Source: Eledone cirrhosa (lineage: Eukaryota). Taken from it: a stretch of DNA of 64,000 nucleotides. The stretch is taken from contig OZ024741.1 of the NCBI GenBank assembly GCA_964016885.1, positions 321,222,001 to 321,286,000 of the forward strand, read 5' to 3'. The notes below the pieces were generated by a model. That model worked only from the letters and a program-made list of their open reading frames with translations, did no database searches and was not told where the DNA came from. Numbering within the stretch: position 1 is the first letter of the stretch; every line of letters begins with the position of its first letter. Positions 26,134 through 40,336 of this stretch are shown in pieces. Both the position numbers and the translations under genes were made by a program.

Positions 26134-26899
26134 AATGTATATGTATCCATGTTGGCGGATATATGCTTATGTAGCAAGAAAAATCTCAAACTTGCCGAAT
26201 AATGTCTTTCATTGAAACTGACTGCCTGAAGACAGACATGTTTAAATGTGGCTTTCTTCTTTTCTCCCAGCCCTACACTGACATATAATATATACATCCC
26301 ATCCACGTTTATAAAAGACTCTCTTCTCTATAAAGTGAATGTTTGGATTGAATGTTGAATAACTTAAAATATTTTATAAAGAAGAGGCTGAAGTGACAGA
26401 GCTGGTTTTAATATCGGATTAAATATCTAATCAACTTTATATCTCTTTTTTTTATTTTGTCTGTCACTACTGCACCTGATGTAGGAGGCCGCATACCACA
26501 TTCGTCCACTCCCAGTCGATGCAACTCTCCTCCCATACAACCAACCTATATTAAACAGTAAGCCTCTACACAGTTGTTTGACTTGCTAAATATAGCAAAC
26601 AAATTCTGCCAAATCAAAAAAAATGATACGCTGAACAATATGGTCGTTGTACAGAAACACTATAGATGACATAGGCGTAGGTGTTGTTAATCTGGTCTGA
26701 GCTGGTGTCAGGCAGTGACAGCGAAACACTTAGACCAATACTTTCTCTTTTGAAAGTAGCCCATTGAGTTACAAATGTTCTTATATATTTCCTGAACACC
26801 ATCCACTTCTATCTCACCAGCCTGGGAGGAGCGTTGTTCCTACTCTTACAACACCTACAGTCTTTATTTATTTCTTTATCTCTCTTGCTTTCTCTCCTT

Positions 26900-26968
<69 letters not shown>

Positions 26969-27129
26969 GCTCTCTAACTATTCCCATTATATATATTTAA
27001 GTATGTGTGTGTGTGTGTGTGTGTGTATCTGTGTGTATGTGTGTGTGTGTGTGTGCGTGTGCACGCGTGTGTGTGTGTGTGTGCGTGCGTGTGTGCGTCG
27101 TGGTCAAGAAGTTTTGTATTGATAGGATG

Positions 27130-27800
27130 TCGAGCAAGAAGCTAAAAGGTAAGCAGTTTCTATCTGTTTCATTTAGCAAAGTTATTGGGCCTAAAATTAT
27201 TAATATGATCCCCCTTGTTTGCGTCCTTATTCTGCTCCGCGATCACTCCACGACTCATAGTACTGGGAATTCTCCCGTTCTGCAGCCATTTGCGATAGAC
27301 GCCTGACAAGAGGTCACCGAACAAGATTGGTATGTAAATGTAAAGTTCGTAGCCCAGACCATCCAAGCCAAGCAATTCACCCCTCGTACATCCAGTCATC
27401 GCCTCCTCGTATCTAAGTGCATGTGGTCTAGCTCAAACAACGCAGCCTTCGTGCTTTGCTTTGAAGAATTGTCGAGACCCAATCTCGCCACAAGCACGTC
27501 AGATGCGTTGCCTTTCGTAAAAGCCTCTTTTTTCTAACTAGCTCAACTTCTAGTTTTTTCTATCGCTATGTCTTTACTAAACCTTATCGATTCTACGCTA
27601 ATCGCCTTTTCATGCAAACCACCATTTTGTTTTTGGCGACTGCTCCCGTCAACGCCCACTTAACTAATTCACTAATTCGGTCTCTGTAGGCTTTGTGTGC
27701 CGGAAAGAACGCGTTCGACTTTCAGAAACCTGATAACCGAGTCCTGAAGCCTATCTAGGTCGATCACAAATTTGTGGTCTGTGTAGTTGACTACTTTCAG
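27130..27800 (-). mobile_element. L1/Tx1-like ORF2 remnant (end of APE to start of RT)
   Basis: VNYTDHKFV..., AYRDRISELVKWALTGAV..., GLDGLGYELY...FGDLLSGVYRKWLQNGRIP...KGDHINNFRP/ITLLN. Confidence 0.75.
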
Positions 27801-27829
27801 TTGTGGACAGCTTATACTAGCCCTACGAC

Positions 27830-28305
27830 TTCCCTACCAAATAACCAATCTAAATACTGTATCCCTTTGGGGCCGAAGAGCCAAACTGCCCCAGTTGATC
27901 AGGTGGAGAAAGCTCTAAAGGTCGTAATACCAGATGTGGCCCATATACAACGAGTAACACAGTTTGCCAGCGTCGAGTTCCTTCTCAAAGGGGAAGACAT
28001 CGTGCGAAAACATTCAGTGGTCCCCCATTGGAGTGAGAAGGTCGTATTTTATCCGACGTACCTTTCAAAGAAAACTGTTGGACTGAGAATACCAGGTATT
28101 CAACCGGGCCTAAACATCAAGTGTATCTTGGTCTGCGTTGCTCTTGGAGACCCAGACACACTCCTCGGGGTCAAAATGAACGGATACCAAAATTGGTCAG
28201 GGATAGATCTGGATATCTTGTTTCAGGCGAAGCCAGATCAAATAAACAAAATCCTGGCAAAAATCCTAAATGTCATGTGTGGGTCCACAATTCTGTAGAG
28301 GACAA
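27830..28305 (+). mobile_element. Probable L1/Tx1 ORF1 remnant, inverted relative to adjacent ORF2
   Basis: Open ~155 codons of non-repetitive protein (VEKALKVVIP...VEFLL...FYPTYLSKKTVGLRIPGI...). The assignment rests on context and resemblance only. Confidence 0.45.
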
Positions 28306-29009
28306 GGTTTTTTTTTTGGGGGGGGGGGGTTTCTTCCACTATTCCACGGGTGGCACCATCACTGCCACTCTCCCACAGTTAAGTTTTATTATATTTTTGG
28401 CTTGAACCAATTCAGATGCTTGGTTTTGTAGTGTCAATGATTGCATTCCTTTTTTATTCACGATGTCCGGAAAAAGTTGCTGTTGTTGATACTATTAATT
28501 TTTCATTGGTTTTGTCGTTGTAGTTGTGGCTTTCATTTTTGTCACTTCTGTTGTTGTAGTTGTTGCTTTTGCTTTTGTCACTTATGTTGTTGTTGTTGCT
28601 GTTATTGTTGTCATTGTTTTTGTTGTTTGTTTGTGTTGTACTTTTTGTGCTAGTGACGGTGGTGACGGTGTTAGTGTTCACAGTTGCGGTGGTGGAAAAT
28701 CAAATTCATCTTCTGCTGCCCGATATTTTTGGTTTGGATTTTGCTGTTGTTGATACGACTTCTGTTGCTATTCCTGCTGTTGTTGCTGCTATTGTTGCTG
28801 CTGTTATTATTGCTGTTGCCGTTGTTGTTGTTGTTGTTGTTGTTTGTTGCTGCTGTTGTTGTTGTCATTGCTGTTGTTGTTTCTGCTATTTTTGTTGTCG
28901 TTGTTGTTACCCCTGTTTTTGTTGTTGTTGTTGGTTGTGGTGATGGTGGAGGTGTGTGTGGGGGGGGGGGGGGCATTGATATTCTCATTTTGGCGTACAA
29001 TTCAGAAAC

Positions 29010-29178
29010 AATAAATAATTGTTTCTACTTTTGGCACAAGGCCACCAATTATCCCAGTGTATGTTACTTTATTTTATCGACCCCGTAAGGATGAAAGGCA
29101 AAGAGAGAAACAATAAATAATAATAGAGAATGAGGCGGGAGGAGATTGGAAAAGACATACAAACACGGGTAGACTGAG

Positions 29179-29232
<54 letters not shown>

Positions 29233-29815
29233 ATACTTGGGGAGGGTCATATTTGTGTAATATTGCCAGAATTAATAACAGAACACATTCACTGTTTGGT
29301 TGATTTTCGCTTTTCGCTTCTGTGTCTTTTATATCGGTAATCTAATTTATTCGGTCTTCATATATATATTATATATATATATATAATAATAATAATAATT
29401 GTTTCTACTCTTGGCACAAGGCCAGCAATTATTCCAGTGTATTACTGGTACTTTATTTTATCGACCCCGTAAGGATGAAAGGCAAAGTTAATAATAATAA
29501 TAATAATAATAATTGTTTCTACTTTAGGCACAAGGCCAGCAATTACCCAGTGCATTACTGGTACTTTATTTTATCGACCCCGTAAGGATGAAAGGCAAAG
29601 TCAACCCCGGCGGGATTTGAACTCAGATCGTAAAGGGACGTAACCATGCTGGAAATCATGGCTCACCCCTTCCTCACCAACAATATAAAAATCCCCAGCA
29701 CCACCACCGACATAGCCAACAACAATAACAGGCAACTTCAGCAAAAAGTATATTATATTATTGTAATGCACTGGGTGATTGCTGGCCCTGTGCCTGGAGT
29801 GGAGACAATTATTAA
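29010..29815 (-). mobile_element. Cluster of truncated SINE copies in (AAT)n
   Basis: Copies at ~29015-29103, 29397-29490 and 29510-29652 (minus), plus a plus-strand tail at ~29762-29812. Confidence 0.85.
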
Positions 29816-29889
29816 TAATTTCATTCTTAAGCCACGCAATGCTCACATTAAGGAACCACTCATGATAATAACAATTTTTAAAAAAACAA

Positions 29890-32800
29890 CAAAAAGAAAA
29901 CCCCGTGACCAAGAAATACCGGGATGGCGACGGGCGGGGAATAGCCGTGTCTCTAGGGGAGAACGACCCCTCTAGTCTTGGTTGACACTCGTTCTAGAAG
30001 TGGTAACACGAAATGATTACCCCTTGGCGGATAAGGATAAAACGCGACAAAATAAAGTAAATGTCTAATGATAAAATCTCATACCGGATCGGCCGTCACC
30101 CGGGTAAAAAAGGGCCGCGTCCCTCAGAGAGGAACCAGACTGGGGTCGAAAAATCAGCTAATGGTTCAAACCTTCCCGTGACTTCGGAGCTGGAGACTTC
30201 CCATAACCGGAATACTCCTACTGTTGGCCCTCCATGCTCACCACCAAGAAATCCAAAGAAAAAGAGAGAAAAATGGTCAAGGGAAGATAATAAAGAAGTC
30301 CTTGAGGCTTTCTACACTGCCATGTACTACCCATCAAATACATCGAATACAGAATAGACATATATCAACTGGAAAAAGAAACATCCCGAAAACAGAGGCT
30401 ATATTGACAGCAACAAACTAGCCAATATACGAAGAAATATTGTAAGAAAAAAGTTACTAACTGATATAGAAATTGATCAGATCAAGCTATTAGCACAAAG
30501 TCAGCGAAGGGAAAATGAAACATGTGTCAGTGAAAACGAGGTAAATCGTAACACTTCGAATCCCAGGGTTGGGGCGGAATCACTGGCACCAGAACAAATT
30601 AAAGAAAGGATCGAAAAAGTGGAGGGAGTGCATGCTCAAGATGAAACTCCAAATGAAAATAATGAGATCGTAAATGATAAAGAAATGAATGAGAATGAAC
30701 TTGCCAACTTGAAGGATGAAATTATGATCGAATGGATGAAAATGAAAGAATCTGACATGGGGCAACGAGACACCCTCCCTAAGATCCAGAACTCCAAACA
30801 GAACCAAAAGATAATACACAAGACTAACATAATTCTCAAAAACATTATCATCACAAACAAACTAAACATTACTGATTTAAATCATCTCTATTATGCATCG
30901 GCTAAAGTCACCACTCACTTATGTGGAGTGAAGATGAAAAAACAAAGGAATTCCCACAAGAAATCTACTTGGCAAGAGAACATCAATCGCCAAATAAACC
31001 TTCTCCGATCTGACATAGAAATTTTAACAAACTATAAAGTAGGTGAACATGTTAAACAAACTAAACTTAGAAAATTGAAAAAAAAGTACAGTATAAAATC
31101 AACAAGTGACATAGACATGCTGATAGAAATAATCAAGCAAAAAGTGTCGGCCAAAGCTGCTCGTATAAGGCGCTTTGAAAAACGATCTAGATTCTATAAG
31201 GACAATAATATGTTCAAAAACAACCAAAGAAACTTCTACAGAAAAATTGGTAAGTCAACAATAACTGCTAAATCAATAACACCCAAGGAGGAAGTGCAAG
31301 AATTCTGGGAAAAGATCTGGGCCAAAGAAAAAGTTCATAACATACATGCCCCATGGATAGACAGACAAATGAAAGATACAGCTCACCTTGAGGAACAAAT
31401 ATGGGAAAATATAACAGTTGAACAGTTGCGCTTGGCTCTAAGAAAAACCAGCAAATGGAAATCCCCAGGAAAAGACAGAAAATACACAACTTTTGGATAA
31501 ATTCCTTCACAGAGATTATAAAATAGATTATAAAAAAGCATTCGATAGTTTGCCACACAGTTGGATTGAAAAATGTTTAGAGATTTTCAAAATATCCCCC
31601 GTTGTCAGGAGGTTTTTGTCATTCAGTATGAAGACATGGAAAACGACACTCCTTTTGAATAGTGAAACAAAATCACTGGAAGCTGGAAAGTTAATATTAA
31701 TTGTGGAATTTTTCAGGGTGACTCTTTATCACCGCTTTTATTCTGCATCGCACTTATACCATTAAGTAAAATGCTCAATGAAACAAAACATGGATATAAA
31801 GTCTATGACAAAACCATTAATCACTTGTTCTACATGGATGACCTGAAACTATTTGCAAAAAATGATGAACAATTGCAAGGGCTATTATCCACTGTGGAGC
31901 AGTTCAGTGATGACATTAAAATGGAGTTTGGACTAGATAAATGCGCCAAAGCAACGTTCACCAGAGGAAAGCTGCTGAAGAGTTCAGACATTAATCTTGA
32001 TCGGGGGAACGTGATAAGAGAACTTGATCAAGAAAAAACTTACAAATATCTAGGTGTTTGTGAAGGAGACGGAATCAAGCACTCGACAATGAGGGAAAGG
32101 ATAAGGAAGGAATGTTACCGCAGATTAAGAGCAATCTTAAGAACGGAATTGAATGCAAGGAATAGGATCGATGCCATAAACACGCTTGCCATACCAGTAG
32201 TAACCTACAGTTACAATGTCATCAACTGGTCAAGCACAGAGATCCGTAGGCTCGATACAAAAATTCGAAAACTCTTAACCATGCACAGAATGCATCACCC
32301 TAAGGCAGATATAGATAGAATATATCTCCCTAGGAAAGAAGGAGGACGTGGGTTAATCCAGTTAGACATTGCGTTGAAAACTGCAACAATTGGATTATCT
32401 ACATATCTAAGGGAATCACATGATTGGATGATCAAACTCGTTTTGAAACACGAAAGCATCAAAAGGTCATATTCCATTACAAAGATGCACAAAGATACAG
32501 TAATGGACTACAAATTTCAGAAGTCCCATTTACTGCTGAAATGGAAAACACAGAAAAAGCAAAGCAGGTAAAAGTAACTGCCAAGAAAGAACTGCTACAC
32601 AAACTGGCTAAGAAATGGCAAGAAAAGCCTCTGTATGGAAAGTACCCAGAGCGAGCTAACAATCCTGATGTTGACAAAACCTTAACCCATCAGTGGTTGG
32701 CATCCTCTGGACTGAAATCGGAGACTGAAGGACTGATTATATCAGCACAAGATCAGTGTCTGCCAACAAAAAATTACCAAGCCAACATAATAAAAAATGG

Positions 32801-33489
32801 ATGCAGCCCATTATGCCGTGTATGCAAAAAACAACCAGACACCATTGACCATATAATTTCAATGTGCAGTCCTATAGCTCCAACCGAATACCTAAACAGG
32901 CATGACAGAGCTGCACAATACATACATTGGATAATATGTAAGCATTTTGACCTGCCCCATACTTGAAAAAGATCACATCTCAATCTTGTGGAACTTTAGC
33001 ATCCAAACAGACCGAAAAATAGATGCAAATAGACCTGATATAATATTGAAGGACTTTAAAAAGAGGGTATGCCTGCTAATTGATATGTCCGTTCCAATAG
33101 ACAAGAATGTATCTATAAAAAACATTTGAAAAATTGAGCAAGTATAAGGACCTGGAGATAGAAATTGGAAAAATGTGGAAATTGAGAACTAAAACAATAC
33201 CAGTGATTGTAGGCGCTCTGGGAATGATACCTAAGGGGTCTAATGATTACTTATCGCAAATCCCAGGAAACCCGCGTATAGGAGAAATACAAAAGATAGT
33301 ACTAATGGGAACTGCCCATATACTAAGGAAGATTCTGTCAATATAAGTACATCACAAGTCTAAACACTAAAGATGCATGTGTGAGTATGTATGTTCTTTC
33401 TTGAACATGGCGGACCTTGTTTTCTCTTGAGGTCACTGGTTGTGACTTGGTGATAACTCGTATGAACATAAAGCAAGATAAATGCAACT

Positions 33490-33526
<37 letters not shown>

Positions 33527-33535
33527 TAATAATAA
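29890..33535 (+). mobile_element. Near full-length Dong/R4-clade LINE (RT + CCHC + restriction-like endonuclease), inactivated
   Basis: ORF pieces 30061-33346: KWSREDNKEV, KSPGKD, IDYKKAFDSLPHSW, GIFQGDSLSP, YMDDLK, YKYLG, CRVC-x-DHIISMC, NRPDI...IDMSVP...KYKDL...PVIVGALG. It has a (TAA)n tail at 33491-33535, an in-frame stop, frameshifts, and deletions near 31510 and 32960. Confidence 0.93.
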
Positions 33536-33769
33536 AATATGGAGAAGGAGCACACGAGTTGGAATATATATATATATATGAAAATAAGGAGAAAGAGACG
33601 ATTATTAGGAAGAAAACATTTTTTTTTTTCCTTTTATTTTTTTCTCTTTTTTCTGGGTTAGAAAATGTTTAAAACAAAATATTTTACTTTGTGTGAAGTG
33701 TTAAGTTATTAGTTAATTTATTTATTAATTAACAATGGCATTTATTTATTTATTTATATATTTAATAAT

Positions 33770-34630
33770 TGTCTATTACCGGTTTCAGCATTTTATGCAT
33801 TATCAAAGGGGGGAATTTGTATTGGTGTAAAATGTTGATGTTGAACATGTTAAGGAAATGGGGAAGAAAGAATAATGTTATTTACAAACAAAGTTTTTGA
33901 AGTGAAAAGAAAAAAGAAAAAGGGGGTAATGTGGAACATGATAAGGTAATGGGAAAGAAAAAATAATATTATTTACAGGCATAGTTCTTGAAGATAAGCA
34001 GTTCAAAATGTGTTATTATGGCAAGAGTGCTTAGTTGATCCATGATGGAAATGGTAGTCTGGGGTTTGATATGATTTCCCTTTTTAGAGAGTTAATATGC
34101 AAGGGGAGGTAATTCAGGGTGGTCAGGTAGGAGAGAGAGAAATGAGAGGGGGTAATTCATTTATATAAGAAAAAGGATTAGGTAGGGTGTGAGGGAGGTA
34201 ACTCTTTAGAGAACATGGGAATTTGGTTTTGGTTCATTGTTCGTTCCAGTTTTAGTTTAGTCCGAAATTTAGTAGAGATTGGAATTTGTTAATGAAGTAC
34301 GTTTCCTTATTGGTATGATGGATGAAAGAAGCGTTGTCTATGAATTTGTAAATGGGGAAAATTTTAAAGTTTGGATGTTAATTAGGTGTACAATTGGCGA
34401 TATGTTCACTAAAAGCAATCTTTCTGTATTCCTGTATTTTGATTTGTGATCTATAGACAGTCATACGTTGTCAGAGACTGTTTTTTGTCTGTCCTATGTA
34501 GTGCTCTTGACAACCTGAGCAGGTAAAAACATAGATTAGGTTTTCAGATGCACATGTAAAGTTGTGTTTAACTGTGAAATGTTGTTCTTGTTTAAAATGG
34601 AATGTTGAACCTTTATGCATATACCACAGT
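33770..34630 (-). mobile_element. Penelope-like 3' end: GIY-YIG + UTR + degenerate hammerhead
   Basis: NFTCASENLIYVFTCSGCQEHYIGQTKNSL*QRMTVYRSQI...FSEHIANC...KETYFINKFQSLLN (~34265-34600). Minus ~33775-33806 reads TTGATAA-tgcataaaatgct-GAAACCGGTA. Confidence 0.85.
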
Positions 34631-34697
34631 TAGGCATTCCGCATTTTTTTTTTATATATTTTTCTTCCTAATAATCGTCTTTTTCTCCCTATTTTCA

Positions 34698-34833
<136 letters not shown>

Positions 34834-35444
34834 ATGGAGAGAAAGAGAGTGAGTGAAAGAGATAAAGAGAGAGAGAGATAGAAAGATAGATAGAGAGAAA
34901 TAGATAGATAGATAGATAGATAAATAGATAGAGAGAGAGAGGAGGGGGCTAGATGACATTTCAATAGTGTTGCTACTCTTAATAGTACTAGAAAAGATTG
35001 ATATCCCACTCGGGAGTCAACAGGACGTTGTTTCATATATGATTAAGAGCTTAAGAAGCTACTTAGAACGTACTAAAGTAACCCCTATTAATAACAAACG
35101 ACATTGTATAACTCTTACATCAAGTAGATTAAGGGATGTTATTAGAAATTACGGGGGGAATATCCCTATTGATATAATATTGAATTTCTTTTACTGTGAT
35201 TGTATATTCACAAGGCCCTTGAAAATGAGAAGTTAAATGAATAAATATGCTGTTTCAGAAGATAGAATAGGAAACTGGAAAGTTAAATTAATCATGGAGT
35301 AGACACGTTACGTAGCAAACCTCGTATTATCATACTGGTTTATCCTTCAAAGAAAATTAATAAGAACATTTATCATATGATAAGTACAGTGATAAATTTT
35401 TAAACGTATGATATTAAATTCTTTCAAATCGAAGCCTTTGTGAA

Positions 35445-35665
35445 TAATTGCTTCTATTTGGGGCACAAGGCCAACCATTTGAAGGGAATGGAAAGGAGAT
35501 TAAATCGACCTCAGTGTGTTACTGGTACTTTATTTTATCGGCCCCGCAAGGAGCAAAGACAAAGCTAATTTCGGCGGGATTTAAAGTCAGAAAGTAAAAG
35601 GACATAACTATATGCCGAAAAAGCATGTTGTCCGACGCTCTACCGATACTGCCAATACACTGCTT
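35445..35665 (-). mobile_element. tRNA-derived SINE (main family)
   Basis: Full-length diverged copy with head, body and tail. Confidence 0.8.
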
Positions 35666-35699
35666 TTCGTAAATAATACCACTAATTTTTCAGAAATAT

Positions 35700-37000
35700 A
35701 TAGAAGTACACAAGATAACTTACTAAAAAAATATTAAAAACATCTTGGAAACCCATTTTTGAAAAAGAATATAGCAAACTTAATAGCTGGTTATAGAAGT
35801 AATAGAGACTGAAAATTCATGTCCTGAAATCATTACAGCATGTAATTTGTGGTTTTCCCTCCATTGTAGAAGCTCTGGAATTGACACCCTCTAAATGTTT
35901 GAGTGGTTGTCATTTAATACACATCATAAACAGATAACTCATATGGCTTCTTCTAGAATGGCCTACCATTAAAAGCACATTTTCAATGCCAGCTATACTA
36001 TATGGTTCTTTAGCATTGGAATGGAACTTTATAGATCTAGATACACTAGACCATATTACACTGAAACTTCTCAAACATTATTACGCAATAAGACTAGCAT
36101 CCATAAGAGTAGAAAATTGTATAAATTTTATTGAGTTATCAAAATGAAGTTTAAGATGGCAGTTATCAGTGTAACTCGTTAATCTTTCTGAATGATATGT
36201 CTGCAATGTATCTTCATTTATAATGATCATTCTAAAGCTAGTAAATTACCCAACAATTATTGAAATGGATTTCGAACAGCTAACATCTGATATTAAACCA
36301 ACAGCAAAAACTGATACATTAATGGGAGTTAACCACAATGATGGAAAGCTATAAAGGTATGTCATTTTATATCCAAAACTTCTATGGACGGAATATCATA
36401 AACGTAAATAACTTTTTAAAATCTTTACTATTCTTGTCAAAATGAATGAACCATATATTAATTTCATAACAACAGTAACTTAAAGAATATCCATATTTTT
36501 AATAATGTACATAACAAATGTCGACGATAATATATAAAATACACCATTTCGTAACAAGATGTCCAAAATTTGCACCTAGTAAATATAGCAAAACAATATA
36601 GCGAAACCTAACAATCCAATATCAGCTCAGAAAATATATATGGTACTTATATAATCCTACTAAAATGACAACGGAACTTTAGCATACAGACAAGATAACA
36701 CATAATAAACCTGACATGATTTTCCCATGGCAAAAATATCACCAGTATTTTTGATAATTGACAAAGCAATACCGGATGATTATAATGTTGTGCAGGAATG
36801 AGCAAAAAAGCTTAGGAATTACACTGACTTAGCTATTGGATTAATATATTGTGGCATTTAAAAAAACATGCTCATCGTTCCATTTGTAATTGGTACAACT
36901 AGAAAAGTAAGATGTCACTTATATAAAGACATGGACAGGTTACCTATAACGATACACATATGCACGTTCTAAAAGGAAAATAGAAACATTAATGTCAGTA
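35700..37000 (+). mobile_element. Old Dong/R4-like remnant
   Basis: FSMPAILYGSLALEWNFIDLDTLD (~35980-36050) and TDKITHNKPDMI...IDKAIPDDYNVVQE...YTDLAI...IVPFVIGTT (~36680-36900). Confidence 0.65.
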
Positions 37001-37181
37001 AATGTTGTTTGAGCGTTTTCGTAAAACATTTAACCTAGAACATTTATGTGGATGTTACACTAGAAGCATTTATTTTTTCCTCTTTATATAAAAACACAAA
37101 CGCTTAATATGTATCTCTCAAACCTCAAATTATGAAAACTAACAAAAACATTTTTTAAGATAGACGTGTGTGTGTGTGTGT

Positions 37182-37342
<161 letters not shown>

Positions 37343-37352
37343 TGTGTGTGTG

Positions 37353-38460
37353 CTGATTACTATTTCTTGTCAAAAGAGTGCCATTCCTTCATTGAACATT
37401 TCACGATCATGAGCATGCAGTGGCTCGATTTCTCCTTGACTCGTGTGACTTTAGATGGTTAACAAATCCAGCTCTTGATAGAAGAAATCATCCACACACA
37501 CTGCACCCCAATTCCTGCTGAATTTTTGCAGGTACTGCACTTGGGTCACGCTTACGGAATGAACTCTTCAAAACAGCATGATTCATTCGCTTTTTCTCAA
37601 AAACATCACATTCGTATTTGATGATCTTCTTCCATAATGTACGACCTTTAGTCAATGCCTACCAGTTCTTCATATCAATCTTCAGTGCTTTAAGATTGTC
37701 TTTTATGACATCCTTAAACAGCATTTCTTTTTTATGCTGCAGTTCTTTTCCAAATGGTCAACTTCCCATAAAATATCTGTTTTGAGAGCCTACTATCCTC
37801 CACCATGACCACATGACAAGCCCAATGAGTTTGATTCATAGTAAACTTCTAAATACTGCTGCTGCCTGCTTTCTGAAGCACAGCAGTACCAGGTGTGTAA
37901 GAGGACCGCTTGATGTTCAGGATCAGTTAGATACAATGCTGATGAAATCTTTCCAACTGTTTGATATGATGCCTGTAAGTAGTTCATGTTTCGCACTCAT
38001 ATAGTAGGGCTTTAAGAAAACAGGCTACATACACAGAGAGTTTTGTGTTTCTTGGTACCCCGATCTGACCAGACTCACTTCTCAAACATCCTAATAGCAA
38101 AACTCACTTTCGTAATCCTGTGATTTATTTCAGCATCAAGGGTACCATTTCTACTAAGTGTACTTCCGAGATACACTAAGCTGCCCAGCACTTCAAATCT
38201 TTTTCCTCCCACGAGAATTCTGGCTCCACATACACTTCCCTAACTGGTGGAGTGCACATGACCTTTGTCTTTTTTATGCTACTATTTATCTCAAATGCAC
38301 CATAGCAGATCCATTTTATTAGAAGATTCAGCAGGACCTTGGATAAGCAAAACAATGTACAAATCAGTGTTCTCAGGAGACAATGCTATGCACACATCAG
38401 AATAAAAATATGTATATGGTTGGTGTTGGAAACTCACGTGAAACTCTTAAAGCCATGATG
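37353..38460 (-). mobile_element. Decayed RTE 3' part with (CA)n tail
   Basis: Fragments resembling FKYLGSTLSRNGTLDAEINHRI and KQIFYG. The 3' end is shared with 58577-58660. Confidence 0.75.
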
Positions 38461-38639
38461 AGTATATTGACCCCAGTACTTGACTAGTACTTTATTTTAT
38501 CGACCTCGGAAGGATGAAAAGCAAATTCGACTTCGGTGGGATTTGAACTCAGAAAGTAAAGAGCCAGAATTAATACTGCTAAGCATTTTTCAGATACTCT
38601 AACGATTCTGCCAATGTTCTCGCTCTGATCGATCGACAA

Positions 38640-38885
38640 GATCCCAGACTTCATTCGCTTGCCGACTGGGGTGGACCTCGTCAAATTGGACCAAGGAAAT
38701 GATGTTTCCATTGGTCTTTCCATTACTGATACTATCTACCGGTCGCAACTCCTGGCAAAAGGAGCAATGTAAAATAAAGTGTCTTGCTCAAGGGCACAAC
38801 GGATCACCCTGTCCGAGAATTGAACTCGCAGCCTCACGATTGCGAATCCAACTCTTTAACCACTAAGTCACACGCACCTTCACTG
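38640..38885 (-). mobile_element. tRNA-derived SINE, second family
   Basis: Minus strand has A box TGACTTAGTGG, B box GAGTTCAATTC, then gtgcccttgagcaagacactt. A main-family SINE is adjacent at ~38465-38620. Confidence 0.75.
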
Positions 38886-40142
38886 TCAATGCACTGCCCT
38901 ATATAGCATGAATAATGAATCAGTTGCAGTCACCTAAGTTCGATATTTTGTTATTAAGTTTACTTTATTTGTTTTCGGTAATAAGATTGGTGAGAAAGAA
39001 AGATATACGTGTATGATTCGTCTCTGAATTTTACCAACAACCACCTTGAAACTCAACATTGCTCATCTAATAGCATCCGTTGATAAACTGGACATATCTG
39101 GTCAGGAAAGATCAAGTAATTGAATCTATTTGTATAGACGCTACAGCGTGATATAAATAAATAAATATTTAAGGTGTTCTCTCCTTACTCGCACGTATCG
39201 ATTGTGTATGTTGGAAGAGGGATGTGTTGTGTGTATGTGTAGGTGTATACGTATGTGGGGATATGTGTGCGGAGATATACGTATGTGGATGTATGTTTGT
39301 GTGGACAGCACTTACGATTCGATTGACCGTTGAGATTTACTTAATGGCATACAACTTACCTGTCTACTTTGTTCGTGTAGTGCTGACCATAATTGACTTC
39401 TTTATAGAATTGCGGCTGTTTTTCCTCAATTCCGAAAAATATTGCTAACTGATGCTTCAAAACGATTTCGTTTAGTGAGGGTTGTTGTTGATGTTTTTGT
39501 TGCTGTTGTTGTTGTTATTGTTGTTGTTGTTGTTGTTGTTGTTATTTTTGTTGTTGTTGTTATTGTTGCTGTTGTTGTTATTGTTGCTGTAGTTGATGTT
39601 TTTGTTGCTATTATTGTTGTTGTTATTGTTGTTGTTGTTATTATTTTTGTTGTTGCTGTTGTTGTTCTTGTTTTTGTTGTTGTTATTGTTGCTGTTGTTG
39701 TTGTTGTTGTTTTTGTTGTTGTTATTGTTGCTGTTGTCGTTATTGTTGATGTTGTTGTTGTTATTGTTTTTGTTGTTGCTGTTGTTGTTGGTGGTGGTTG
39801 TGGCAGCGGCAGCGGTGATGGTTGTGGTGATGATGGTGGTGAGGGTGGTGAGGGTGGCGAGGGTGGTAGTAGGGGTAGTGATGATAATAGAGATGGTAGT
39901 GGTGGCGGCGACGGCGGCGGCGGTTGTGGTGGTCGTCGTCGTCGTCGTCGTGGTAGTGGTGGTGGTAGTGGTAGGGGTGGTAGTGGTAGGGGTAGAGATG
40001 ATAGAAATGATAGTGTTGTTAAAATATAAACCGTATTATTTCTAGGTTATTTTTTCATCTAATGCAAATCAAAGAAAGACAAGTAAATTGTTTGTTATAC
40101 ATTATGATACATTTACGTTTATCTACATAATTTGTAATTTTT

Positions 40143-40216
<74 letters not shown>

Positions 40217-40230
40217 AAAATGTTTAACCG

Positions 40231-40336
40231 CGACGGCAGAGCTCAAGCCGTTTCGACGGCTAGGCTATTTCTGGACTGAAATAGCCGTCGAAACGGCTTG
40301 AGCTCTGCCGTCGGGTTCCTTACCCCACTTCTTTCG

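Noticed and set aside
29900-30060. HDV-like ribozyme in the Dong 5'UTR
   Set aside because: It is GC-rich with hairpins, but I could not assign the nested pseudoknot.
39442-40045. Val-rich then Gly-rich ORF resembling a structural protein
   Set aside because: It is made of (GTT)n and (GGT)n repeats open in several frames, with no splice or domain support.
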